A stretch of DNA of 64,000 nucleotides from Selaginella moellendorffii (taxonomy: Eukaryota; Plantae; Lycopodiophyta). The translations under genes and the position numbers were made by a program. The notes below the pieces were generated by a model. The model was given only the letters and a program-made list of their open reading frames with translations. It was not told where the DNA came from and searched no databases. Shown here piece by piece: positions 13,712 to 26,620 of the stretch (position 1 is the stretch's first letter; each line of letters starts with the position of its first letter). The stretch spans positions 334,210 through 398,209 of the forward strand of contig NW_003314372.1 of assembly GCF_000143415.4 (NCBI RefSeq), read 5' to 3'.

Positions 13712-13904
13712 TGTTAGGGCGTGGCCACTGAGAGAGTGAGAGAGAGAGGGAATATTTTGGTCCTCAAAATATTCCCCATATTCCTTGTATAAAACCCTTG
13801 CCTCACAAGGGCAAAGGGGGGGGGGAGGCATTTTTCCAAAGAGCATCGAAGCATTTCTCATGTTAGAGCGAGCGTTGGGGGAGGTGCCCCTCCTTCCCCC
13901 AACA
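13712..13904. mobile_element. Solo LTR, family F (193 bp)
   Basis: TGTTAGGG...CCCCAACA termini; ACCC(C) duplicated on both sides; interrupts A gag. Confidence 0.75.
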
Positions 13905-14096
13905 ACCCCTTTGCATCTGATGTAGTCACCATAAACTTCAATTTGTGGTGCTTGTTCCCATCCTTGTGTCCATGGCAATTATCACGACGATTCTCAACAG
14001 AAGGACTCCGCGAATGCTTGTGAGACTTGTGCTTGTCATTGTCAAGTCGACGAGCTGTATCAAAAAGCTCCTCTAAACTCTTTATGGGCTGAGAAT

Positions 14097-14456
14097 TGTC
14101 AAGAATCCCCCAATTCTTGCCCATTCCTGACTCTTGCTGGATTCCTGACTTGCAGACTATATTCCTGACTCTTGAGACACTTCCCTATTCCTCACTCTTT
14201 GATTTTCCATATGATTCCTGAGTCTTGAGCCACATTCCCGATGATGATGTGGTGCCTCCTCGACCTTAGCTATATTTAGGCTGTCCTCGATCCAAGGGTG
14301 GTGGAGCTTCATCAACGTATAGTATATATAGGTTAGCCTTGTTCCATTTCTCCACAATATGAATCAACGGCAATCTAAGGCCTCTTCTTCATTTCCACTA
14401 GCTTTTCTCTTTGTCTTCTGCATTTTCCAGTATTGATCTTGTTGGGGGTCTTGACA
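14097..14456. mobile_element. Solo LTR, family G (360 bp), with internal ATTCCTGACTCTTG repeats
   Basis: TGTCAAGA...TCTTGACA termini; perfect TSD AGAAT; TATA-like run near 14318-14330. Confidence 0.88.
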
Positions 14457-17400
14457 AGAATGACGTAAATGTTGCCACATGCTCTCACTATGAAGGCCAT
14501 CAATGAAGTAGGACCTGTTCTGATCTAGATCCTTTGTTGGAACATGGATAATCAAGCAAGTAAGCTTCTCAATATAGTCCCCAAACATCATTTCTCTTGC
14601 TGAAAATGTTAAAGTTTTGTGCGAGCATTTTTTATGTAGTAATGAGGGGAAAAACGTAAATGGAAAGCAACCTCAAACTCATCCATGGTAAACACTGATG
14701 GTTTCTTATTTGCAACACGAGACTCCTCAAGCCAATTCCACCACTAAAGACCTGCATCATGCAAAACCATTGGAATATCCACTAAAGCCTCTACATCTAG
14801 AGTTCCCCTAGCAGCCAAGAACTTCTTCATATTAGGCTAGCTAAGCAAAACACTTGTTCACACCATCATCATTGGAAAAGGTTGGAATTTTGAGTCAATC
14901 TACCAAGGAAGGCTTACTTGGAGTGCTACCACGTCCAACCTTGAGTGCCTCAACACGCTCACACATGGTATTCATCATGTGATGCATCTTGTCTTGCATC
15001 TCTTGCTGATTTTGATTAAGAGCTTATAGCTCATGAACAACATTTTGAATGATCCAAACCTCCACAGCTCCATCAACACCATCATTAGCACCACCATCAA
15101 TAATAGAATTCCAGCGTTTAACTTGGTCGGCCATCACAACCAACTCCTTTGATACCAATGTTATGATTTGGCACAAAAAGACAAAGATCTAGTCTCCCTA
15201 GACAATGCTACACCACCTTGAGCCTCCCTTTGACCAAAGTTGACCACTTGGTCAAAGCTACCACCTAACACCTACAGGCCCTGGCCATGGTCATGCAAGA
15301 CATGGCTGTAGAATGGGCTGGCTTGTAGCTAGAAGATTTTAAACCTAGTAAAGTAAAAAAAACTAAAAAATAGCATTGAACCCTGAAGGAGAAGGAGGGA
15401 GCTTTTGTGCCAAGATTGCACACATTTCTTGCTGGGAAGAAATGTCAAAGAAAAGTTCAAAAAGAAACTGTTGTATAAGTTCCTTGGCATCCCATATATT
15501 TGCTAGTTGGATCACTGGAAGGCTCTTGTCCAGTTAAAGCTTTATGACCAATATGAAACAAGAGAGTCAATCTTAGAAAAACTATTTTGAGACTTTCATA
15601 AAACCTATGTGCTTTGAAGGCCGATGATAATCCAGCCCTTGATAACATTGTCCAAGAGAAATTCTGTGAGCAAGAAAAGGTTTGTTGAAAACTCTAGCAA
15701 AGAAAGCTACAATTCAGAAGAGAGCAACATCTTACCTATTGATTTGTTTACAAAGTCGAGCTCCACCACATTGGGAATAAACTTCCCACTCAACAGCACA
15801 AGAAAATAATCTCTATGTTATTGTCCCAGCTGAGAAGATGAAGGACTCAGCAAGAGTGTCATTGAGGATCTGTAAGTGAATTCAAATATGAACATCTTGC
15901 AAGAAATGAAAGGAAAAAAACCTCAAAATTGTGCAAAGAGATTGATATGAGTGATGATCTCATAAGAATGTAGTGAAATCCCTTGTACAACATTCTCAAG
16001 AATAGAGGAAAGTGAAAATTAATAGGTAAAATATATCTAGATGGTGGATTCCAGCGAAACAATTGCCTGAATCCCCTATTATGAAGGCTAGAAGAAATCA
16101 GCATGGAGGAGGAAGGCAATGGGTACTCTTTGAGTGCTTGTGTCCCAAAAAACAAAAAAAAATAAAACATGTGATATCCAATGTAAATTTTTTTTCCACG
16201 TGTCACTATCCATACCATCCTTTTTTTAGTTTTGAATCTAGATTAGAATATATTGGAGTAACTCCAATGGAGTAAGTCTGGAAACTATATCTCTCCCACC
16301 TTGAAAGATATGGAATAGCCAACAGCCCCACTCAACCTTTTTGATAAAGAACCTTAGGTAGTTCTTGACTTCTGTATCCACCAACCTAGTCATGCCTTCC
16401 CATTTAGGAAATGTAGGCTGGGCTGAACTCAAGCTGTTTACTCAAGTAAATGAACAAGCTCATCCAGAATTTTTCTGTGAACTTTGAATCTCAGTGCTAC
16501 ACTCTGGGCTACTGAATCCTCTCACAATGCCCATCCCCAGGGGAATTTTCCCTGCCCTCTTTTGTCTTGCCATCATCTTATGGTTTTCTAGAACCACCAC
16601 CACGACCATCCAGATTCATTCATTTCCATCCTGAGTACAATCTTGTAGTTTTCCTTCAAGAAGGTAGGATATTTGATCCTTGGACTGAGAAGGGCTCTCC
16701 TATACTTTGGGTTCAGGTTTCACTTAGGTGCATTGATGTAAGTCTCTTAATCATAAACTCCTCAAAATACTGAAAATTGAGCAATCTCCTTGCTTCCATA
16801 CCTTGAGTTCATGATAGGCCACATTTATGTGGTTGTCCAATCTAGGTCTGCACTTGCTAGGTATGCTTTCACAAGGAGGGTCATATTTTCAGTTGTCCAA
16901 CTGTCCCACAAACTTCATATCTTGGACCCATTAAATCACCTAGTGTTTGGCTATCCTCCCCACAACTTTAGCCCTGATAGGTAGACATATCCAAAATTAT
17001 TGCTGCTAATCCCTCTTAGGTAAGGTCATTAAGACCACAAGGGGGACCAACTCTGATTAACATTATCATTTACTGATCTGTTCTAGGAGTCCCTACATTC
17101 TGTGTTTCTACCCATTCCTATACAAAGGAGGAGTTGGTCTGTCAGTCCATTCCCTCTTGCCTTCCACATTGAAATGACGTTCCAATTTGGCAACACATTT
17201 CATAAGCTCTTCAATCACTTTGAGCCTTTGTAGAATTTGAGTGATTTGGCAATATCACTCCTTGATCATTCACCATAATCTCCTACAAAGTTGTAGAACC
17301 TAAATTACCAATGGTAAAATAATCAAGATAGTATATCTATATCCACTATCTATCCACTATGATAATTTCCCCTTCCTAGTCCTAATGTAGGGTGTCTGGT

Positions 17401-18058
17401 TGCACTCACACTAGCACACCACTTCCACAGGCAACCTACCTACCTAAGTGCTTGCACAAGCACATACTTGCCATCCAACAAACTTGGACCTTAAAATGTT
17501 TATATCTTTTACCTCCACTCAGATTACATAAAGAGGACAGCCTTACTCAAATGGGCTTAGAGCCAATTCTTGACACAACTAGAAGTCAAAACAAAGATTC
17601 CTAATGTTTGGAATGAAAAAATTTCCCAGCTGGACTTTCCAAGTAGTTTCTTAGGTGCCTTTGGCTTCAATACTACGTGTAAAGCCTAAAGTAAGCAGGA
17701 GATTAGACTCCCAACAAGGGTGGTAGTGGCAAAATGCATCATTCTCGAGTATACAGTACCATATATCAATCTGCCCGATGCTTGTGAGCACACTCAAGAA
17801 GGTATAAACTATGGTGAGAACTTACATTTGGAAGGACAACTTGGTAATAGGTCAGATTGTGAAAAAACTGGTATGGCAATATATGGCAAGACCATGAGTG
17901 CTAGGTGGGTTAGGCATCATTGATCCAAGTGACCTAGGTAAGGCCTTGAGGTACAAGATAATTCTTACAAGGCTACAACTAGGGCAATAGCCATAGAAGC
18001 TGCTATTTAGGCATAGCCTCCTAGTGATTTGTCTAAGCAAAGAATGGTATAACTTTGG

Positions 18059-21000
18059 TGTAAGTGACTAAATTTTTTATTCTACTTTAGTTACTTAACT
18101 CACTTACAACTTCCATGGGTTCTAATCCCAACTTGGGGTACTTGCTAAGACTTTAGATGTGGTATCAAACCCATATTGACTTTGTAGTTGGTTTCAAATG
18201 CTCCATATGTCTAAGTCCACTTAAGACACCTAAACATACTTTGGATATACCAACCTCTTACACTAAAGCTATATCCATTCTCACCATCTTGTTGGTAGTC
18301 CAAGACCACCTATACTATAAATCTGTTTCTCTAAAATAAGACCATCTTTTCTATAAGTGGTCACTCTATGACCACTATCTAGTATTCTTATGATGCCTGA
18401 AGATCTAAAGAAACACTATCCTCCAATATCTTTCCTTTGATCCCCACTAAGTCCCTCTCTATCCAGAGCAGTGCTCGCCAACATTGCCAAAGGTTAGGGT
18501 TTGAAAGCCCATTCATTAAGTCCTACTAACCTCTAAGATTTCCTCACTACATAACCATACTCTAGGTTACTAAGTAAAAGGACCACTTTTCTTTCCCACT
18601 TTTGAGACGATATTTTGAAGCACTACAGCTTGTAAGGGACTAAATTTTCTATTTTACTTTAGTCACTTAACTATATCTTTGACCATATGGAGGAGCCTCA
18701 CTCACAACTTTGATAGGTCCTAATCCCGACTTGGGGAACTTATCAAGACCCAAAGGTGGCCTTAAAGCTATATTACTGTTGCACTTTGTCCAAGTGTTCC
18801 ACGTGTCTAAGTCTTATTTATAGACACCCAAATGTACTACTAATGCACCAGCCTTTTGCACTAAAGCTATGTCCATTCTCATTATCTTGTTGGTAATTCA
18901 AGACCACCTATACCACAATCTTGCCTCTCCAAGACTAAATTATCCATTCATAAGTGGTCATTTTAAGACCACTCTTTAGCATCTTTAGGATGCCTTAAAA
19001 TATGCAAGAACACTACTCTAATATTTCTTCTTTCATCCCCACCAAATCTTTTTTCATTCGCAATAATGCTTAACACTACCACTAGGTCAAGGTCTGAAAG
19101 CCCATTCACCAAGTCCCATTGACCTTTGAGACTTTCTCAACTTCCTCACCATGTAGCTATCCCCTAGTTACTAAGTGAGAGGACCACTCTTCTTCCTTAC
19201 CATAGTTAGACTTTAGGACAATATTTCAAAACACTGCAGCATAACATAAGCTTTGCCCTTTTGCAACAAAGGGTGCCCTAACCATATGGTTAGAGTGAGG
19301 TTTCAATGAGTCAAGTAGATTCTAAATAAGCTAGTGCCACCCATATTTAGANNNNNNNNNNNNNNNNNNNNNNNNNNNNNNNNNNNNNNNNNNNNNNNNN
19401 NNNNNNNNNNNNNNNNNNNNNNNNNNNNNNNNNNNNNNNNNNNNNNNNNNNCTATATTCATTTTAGCCTTGGACTTTCTAGTGTTTATATCATCACCTAC
19501 TACATGGGTATAACCTTTCTTGGTCAGAGTCCTCCCTTTACTATCTTGTAAGGACTTATCTTTAGGGTATAGGAGATGATTACTTTGGACTTTCACCCCT
19601 TAGACTTAGACTTGGTCTTGGCCTTAGTTGTTAGCAACCAAAGAGAATGATTTAAAAAATGACTTATTGGGGTTTAAATATAAAGGAAAAGAGCCCATGA
19701 ATAAAAGTGCATCTTAGTTTTTAATTGGTTAGGGGTTTGGGATGTTTAAGGTTAAACATTCTTGGGTTTAAGTACGACTATGCTAGGTGACCTTTTAGGA
19801 AGTTCAAATTCAAGAGTTTACACTTAATCTTAGAGTCGATCTCAAATTTGGTTTTGGACTCAATTTCAAACTTAGTCTTGACACTTTCATATGTTATGAC
19901 ACTTGTTATGTATTGGTTATTCTTTTATCCCTTCCAAAGAGTCACTTCATGCTCATTCCTCAAGCGCCTATTTAGGAGTTCCACTCTCGCTCTCGACTTT
20001 TCAATTAGTCTAAATATGTTATTTTTGTTGGACTTTTGTTTTGGCCACTACTATATGACCCACCTTTAGCTCTATTTTAAGACTTAAGGGTTTGTGTTTT
20101 ACACCCATAGATAAAGTTTGATGTCTTTTATCAAATGATAACCTATTTTCTAAAGTAACCCTATTATAAATTACCATTTTATCTTTTGCACCAAGCCAAT
20201 ATTTATTAATGGTTTAAAACTAAAGACTCATTATAACTTACACACCATTAAAGGAGTATGGGCCTTCCAACTTATAGACTCCATATGTCACTTATAAGGG
20301 CTCATTCTTTGCTATATTAGATATCACTAAACCCTCTAGAAATCCTTATTTTGTATCCACTCTTGAGTTATCTTGAACCCTATCAACATAAAGATTGTCC
20401 TATAAAACTTTAACATTTGACTTTTGTAAGCAACTAAATTTTCCATTCTACTTTAGTCACTTAACAACATCTTTGACTATTTGGAGGAGTCTCATTCACA
20501 ACCTCTTATAGTCTTATTCTTAACTTGGGGACATCTTAGCCTTTTGAATGGCTTCTATGCCACTCAACTTTTACACTTAGTCCAAGTGCTCCACATGTCT
20601 TATCCCATGACAGGCACCCCAAAGGTATCATTGATATGCCAACCCGTTACACTAAGGCCATATCCATTTACTCTTATCTCACTAGTAGTCCAAAACCACT
20701 TATGCTATAGTCCAATCTCTCAAAGATTGGGCCATCCATCTATGAGTGGTCATCTAAGAAACACATGTTAACATCTTTAGGATGTTCGGGGGACACCTTT
20801 CCCCAATATCCCTTTCTTCAGTCCCTACAATGTCTTTCTCCATCCATAGCCATGCTTGTTAATACCACCACTGGGTCAGGGCCCAAATGTCCAAGCACTA
20901 AATCCCATTGCCATTTGGGACTTCCTCACCATGTGATTATATCCTTAGTCACTACACAAGCAGATTGCTCCTCCTCCTTTACATAGGGACTTTGGAATGA

Positions 21001-22783
21001 CATTTTGAAAAACTATAGCCCTATGCAAGCTTTGTTGTTAGGCACTATGTCAGGATAATAGGATATAGAAAGGGCCCTACAATCAAGTAATCACCCCTTT
21101 TACTAGTTGGCATAGGGTGTAAGGGATAGGATCTTAACATTGGTATCAAAACCCAATTTGATTCTCATGGCTAACAAGTGGGGCAAGAATATTCTATAAG
21201 AATATTTAACATGGTGGATCTAGAGGGAGAACCATGGTTTGGTGGACCCTAAAAGAAGGACAATGGTGACCAAAGGGTGGTCTAAGTATGATTGCAGACG
21301 ATCATTCCCTAGCGAGGGGAGGATTGTTAGGCACTAGATTAGGATAATAGGATAAGAAAGGGCCTTACAATCAAGTGATCACCCTTTTAGCTAGTTGGCA
21401 TAGGGTGTAAGAGATAGGATCCTAACACTCATGCCCTTAGATATCTTAACTATGTGGCTAGAGTGAGGTTTTGATGAGCTATGCCAAGTATCCAAGTAGG
21501 TAATGCCACCCACATTTGGATAGAGAGTATCAACCATTCAATCTCTTGGGGGAACTAGAGTTGGCTCTTAAACACTTCATTGAATTACTTTACTTGTCCA
21601 TCCATATTCACCTTAGCCTTGGACTTTTCAGTGGTTATTTAATGACTCACCACGTGGGTATAACCTTCCTTAGTCACACTAGCCTTTCTTGGCAAAATAA
21701 ATTCCACTAGAGTCCTCCCTCTATTATCCTTTTGGAACTAACCAAACCCCCCACGGTCTAGAAGATGATCACTTTAGGCTTTCACCCTCAAACTTAGACT
21801 CGGACTTAGACTCAGACTCAAACTTGGACTTTGTCCCGGTCTTGGTCCCGGTCCTAGTCTCAATCTTGGTCTCAGTCTTAGCCTTAGTCCCCATCTTCAG
21901 ACTCCTTCTCAGACTTGGTCCCAACACTTTTATATATTATGACACTTATCATATGTCAGTCCTTCTTAAGTCCTTTTCTAAAGACTCATTCACTAATTGC
22001 TTCATACTCATTCCTCAAGCACTTTGTTTAGAGTTCCACTATTACTCTCAACTTTCGGAGTTATATCTTTTTGGTCCAAATCTGTTACATTTGTTGGACT
22101 TCCATTTTAACCACTACCATATGACACACTTCTGACTCCACNNNNNNNNNNNNNNNNNNNNNNNNNNNNNNNNNNNNNNNNNNNNNNNNNNNNNNNNNNN
22201 NNNNNNNNNNNNNNNNNNNNNNNNNNNNNNNNNNNNNNNNNTTCCCATCCTAGGGAGTTCCTTACTAAGGCCACTATCATCCTCTCCCTTATTTTGTGCC
22301 AATCTTAGCACTCTACCCACCATATAGTAAGAAGTTTTCTCCTTTAGACTTATTCATAGCTCATATCTATTTTCTAAAACTAGTTTCATCTACCTCAATA
22401 ATTGGGTTTTACCTTAGGATCTCCTAATCTTGTACTTCTACTCATTTATTAGGTTACTTAGGTCTTATTACCCTTTAAATCCATAATTTATACTAGGGCT
22501 AATTATGGCCCTATCACTAACTACATTGCTACTCCATTTCTTGGAGTTTTTAGCTTTCACTAAATTGAAACACTTGGGAATTCCATCCTTTAGAAACTTA
22601 TTACATTTTCTATATATTTGTTAGTAGTTTTTTGCCTAACTTATTGTTTGAATTCCTTTCAATAGTTTCTTGAGCCCATTCTTGGCCATTAATATTTTGC
22701 TCCTATCCTTTAATCATTTACACTAGGATCACTACCTTTATACTTGGGGTATTTTTTTGTTCCACAACAAAAGCTTTGCTTTG
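18059..22783 (-). mobile_element. Old diverged family B complex: extra LTR-end copy 18059-18630, 3' LTR 18631-20103, 3' internal region, nested B solo LTR from 20425 into the gap at 22142
   Basis: TGTAAG..ACTAAATTTT LTR ends at 18059, 18631 and 20425; 20104-20424 and 22242-22783 align to 49279-50080; many C>T/G>A changes; two N gaps. Confidence 0.75.
21036..21427 (+). mobile_element. TRIM, family E (392 bp): LTRs 21036-21139 and 21325-21427
   Basis: TGTTAGGCAC...TAACA direct repeats, PBS TGGTATCA at 21141, PPT GAGGGGAGGAT before 21325, 185-bp non-coding interior; flanks TTTGT/CTCAT differ only by transitions. Confidence 0.92.
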
Positions 22784-22789
22784 ATATTT

Positions 22790-24351
22790 TAGGTTCATAC
22801 TATTGAAGGTCTTGTTGCACTATATCGACAAGCTCTTTGGCCTCTTGGCATTCTTCTTTTGAAATTTTTTGTATTTGGTCTTGAGTTTCTTGTTCTTCAA
22901 TTTTGTTGTCAAGATCTTCTTTTTGATAATTCATATTTGTTTGTGTGAGAACTCAGATTTCTTATTCATCTTCACATTGTTCTTCTTCAACTAGTTTATA
23001 TCAACATTCCTTGCTGTTGGTGGAGGTTTTTGGTTTTGTTGATTGTTCTGAATTAGTTGATTTCTTTATTTTGTTGTTGTTGATATTGAGGTTGAAAATC
23101 TTGAGTCTTAGGTTGTTGATGATAGTTGTTTTGAGGATATACTCAAGGTGGTTATTCATATTATTATAGCTTTGTTAACTTTGAATTATTGGAGATGTCT
23201 TTTAGTGTCTTCAATATTGCTACCGGTGAAGATTGGATAGGTTATCATGTTGCCATACGGTGTTGTTGGGTTGATGAGAGTCTTTTCTTTACCTTTTGTT
23301 TTAATTTTTTTCTAGTGGTGGTATATATGATTGAAAGTTGCCAGGGTTGTAACTTTCATAATCTAGACTAGTTAGTAGTGGTAAATCTTGTTCTAAATCT
23401 TCTAAATCTCATTTTGTTGAATCTTCAATTTTTGTTGTATTCTTGTGTTCTCTTACTTTTATTATTTGATTTATTTTATTGTAGTTATTGATGCTAATCT
23501 CTAGGATTTCTTCTTCAATTTAAGTGTTCTTTTATTTCTCTAAAGCTTGCATGAATTCTCTTCTATCTTCTCTTTTTTATTGTCGTCAATTTCTTTTTTG
23601 TATCTTGATTGGGTTGGGTTTGTGTATGTATATTCAGTATTTTGCTGGAGTCTTGTATTTGTTTTCTTGAATTTGTTATCTTGAGTTTAATTTCTTGAGT
23701 ATGTCTTATAATCTTTGGTATGTTGTATTGTTCTTGAGGAAAGGTTGTACAGTTTTAAAATCATGTTGTGTAGACTAATACGATTTTGTGTATCGAATAT
23801 TTATACTATTATGTTGTACTCAGCTTAATAAATTTGATCTGTCTTTAACAAATTCCAACTTTGCAATTGAATAAGAGTGCATAATATGACTACTCTTTTT
23901 ATGAGTTCTTGTTGTGTTAAATTTTTAAAAAATGTTTGTGATCTACTTCTAATTGTGTTGTGTCTAATCTTTTACGTCCTGACTATGAGCGTCCATGCTT
24001 TCTAGTCGATGGTGATATTTGAAAAATTTGAGCTGAGTAGTGGTTGTATTCAAAGTGTTGTTGTCCTCAATATTGATGTCAAAATAGGTTTTGAAATCTT
24101 TGATTCTTATATTCTTCTATCTTTGATTGCTATCCATGCATCAAGATATGGGTTCCAGCAAATTATCTTAGCTAGAAGCTTAAGTGTTTATAAGTGTATC
24201 CATTGTTCTTTTGCCCAAATTCTATCTCATATTTCTTCACTAGTTAACTCCTGTATGGCTGCACTTTTGGGTGTGATATATCCTTGAAAGAATTTTTGTC
24301 TAATGATTTTTTTGACATTTTAAACCAAAAAAGTTGGTGGTCTCTCATAGA
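22790..24351 (-). other. Decayed sequence, A-rich on the minus strand, probably part of host element D
   Basis: Same strand bias as 31551-32756, 37649-38134 and 39318-40246; no recognisable motif. Confidence 0.3.
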
Positions 24352-25361
24352 TGTAAGGAACCAACTCCCCGAGGTGTCGTAGGCTAAAGGATACCCGAAA
24401 GCATGACAAAAATGACAAAAAGTTTATCGGATGGGACCGAGTCGGAGATCGAGTCCAAGACCGACTTTGAGACTGAGTTTGAGATAGAGTCCAGGATCGA
24501 GTCCGAGGCTAAATTGGAGACCAAGTTCGAGATGCAAATCGGGTCCGAGACTGAGTCCGAGGTCGAGTTCGAAGTCAAGTCTGAGATCGGGTCCGAGATT
24601 GAGTCCGAGACTGAGTCTGAGTACTAAAACGGGTCAAGGGGTGAAAGCCCAAAGCGTGCACCTCCCAGTGGGGGGGGGGGGGGGGGGGCCTAAAAGGGGT
24701 TCCCAAAATATATTAGGGTTATGGGGGGGTTGGAACCCTTCTTGAAGGAACCCTCCCGGGGGGCTTCCAAATTGACTTGGGGTTTAAACTGGGGCTGAGG
24801 GGCCTTGGGGGGGAAGGAACATGGACCCAAGGGGGGCTGGGGGGGCCCCCCAAGGACGTGCTCAAGAGCAACTCCCACTCCCGAAAGGGAAACCGACTGC
24901 AGTGCTCTCGGGTCATATGGAGTGGTGCCCCACTTGAGTACCTTGTGGCTCATTGGTCCTTGCCTTTCCTAGAGGCTTGGGCCTTCCCTTCGGGATAGAG
25001 GTGCGGGGGTAGAGGTACCTATACCGGGCCGTTAGGCCATGGTGTTTCGCCCCGGCGTCCCGAAGCAAGTGTTGCACCCAAGGCTTGGGATTTAGAGGGT
25101 CTTATGATCAAGTCTTGTTGTACCAAGGGATGTGAGGAACTTAGAGGCTTGGTGTGCTTGGCTGCTTGTGCTTGCGGGGAGTGTAACCAAACCTTAAGTC
25201 CAGTCTAACCCGGGGAGGGGGATTAGGAGAGATTTGGGAGACTGTGAATGGATGGCTAACGCTCCGTTGCTCGTGCAATGAGTAACTGAAACCAAGTAGG
25301 ACCAAGTAGGAGCTGGTGCAATAGGCAGGAACCTTGGTGAGGGAACTTAGCAAAAGCCAAG

Positions 25362-26507
25362 TGTCGCGAATGTGACTTCGGGTATCGAAAGTTACCTGTC
25401 GGCTAGTCTTTTCGGATATTCTTTCCTTACTACCATGATGGCAGGAGGTCGGTATTGCTGGACCCGTTATCAGTTTCCCACTTGAGCTAGTTGAGAAACT
25501 GGTCAATGACCGTGTACTTAGATCGGATAAACATAAGGTAGGAACCCTATGTGTTTCTTGCTGAGCATACTCGGCCTGGTTTGAGAAACTCCTGTCATTG
25601 GCTTGCACTTGCTAGTATCAAGAACCCTCGCGATATTGAGCTTGGTCCCTCAATATCGCTAAATGATAGCTTATTGTGTTTGCTAAACACCCTCGCTATC
25701 ATGCCCTTTGTGTTAGTCTCATTTTGGTCCCAAATGCTATTTATGGAAAGTGTCCAGATTTGCTCATTTGGCATATCTACGGAATGTAGAGATCGGCCTG
25801 AACACAATGGTGTTCGTCCCGTGTCCAAATTCGCAATCTAAGGACATTCCATATTTAGTAAGTTTCGAGCTTGTCCCAGAGGCTAACTCCTGGTACTAAG
25901 GGAGGCTTTGGGTGAAAGCCCAAAGTGTGTGTTCCTCAAGGGGGGGGGGGCTATGGGGGGTTCCAAATGTATAGTAGGGATAGTGGGTAGGTCGGGCATG
26001 GCCGACCAACCTGAGGCATAGTCTAGCTTCCGCTTGCATGCCTGTCCTTGTTTTGCGTCCGGCTTGGGTCTAAGCCCAAGTTCCATTCCATGCTAGTTGG
26101 TGGAGTACCCATATCCTCGCGTTAGGCCACCGGTATGTTGAAATAGCGCCAGACTCCGTTTGGCTCTGTTTTGCGTGCTGGTTCTGGCATTGGGATGCTA
26201 GTTGCTACAGGACTGTTCCAAGTCGCTCCAGGCCCCTGTCCCTTTGCTCCTTGGGCTTTATGCTCAGGAGTTGCTCTGTGGTCCGGTTCCATCACTCCTT
26301 GGCTCCACGCTTGGGAGTTTGGCACCGTTCCTTCATTCAGTGGCCCAAGGCCCTGAACCTCGGGTTCTTATGGACACGTAGCATGGACACGTGGCATGTG
26401 ACACGTGGCATCTGTCACGTGGCACAAAGAGGGTTTAGGTTCCACTTCGTGGTGTTATCCTATGGTAAATCACCATAGGATAAAGGGTCAAAACCACGTG
26501 CGCTACA
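25362..26507. mobile_element. Solo LTR, family H (1146 bp)
   Basis: TGTCGCG...CGCTACA termini; perfect TSD CCAAG; the C LTR resumes in register after it. Confidence 0.88.
26373..26424. promoter_or_regulatory. Cluster of G-box/ABRE-like motifs (CACGTGGC x3, GACACGTAGC x1)
   Basis: 13-14-bp periodic repeats containing the ACGTGGC core; function untested. Confidence 0.45.
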
Positions 26508-26620
26508 CCAAGGCAGTATTGATCAGATAGACGAGGTAAGCTGGCAAATTGGAAAGGAAAAATTTGTGGCATGCAATTTAGTATCAGAGCCTTTTTCTCA
26601 GTTCTACCGAAGGATAGAGG

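Larger units (their letters stand above)
11619..15270 (-). mobile_element. Family A element with both LTRs (3' 11619-11851; 5' 15159-15270, internally deleted), PR-RT deleted, two solo LTRs nested in gag
   Basis: PBS beside 15158, PPT beside 11852; integrase 12340-12723, RNase H 13184-13582, gag 13630-15134; flanks CCCAT/CCTAC are a possibly eroded TSD. Confidence 0.88.

Noticed and set aside
21036-21427. Retrozyme or Cassandra identity for the small non-autonomous elements
   Set aside because: No hammerhead core (CTGANGA...GAAA with flanking stems) or 5S-like sequence seen by eye in the E or A LTRs
24669-24860. Apparent hypermutated G-rich or G-quadruplex tract in a C LTR
   Set aside because: The differences are homopolymer smearing right after a poly-G run, typical of low-quality base calls; sister LTRs lack them
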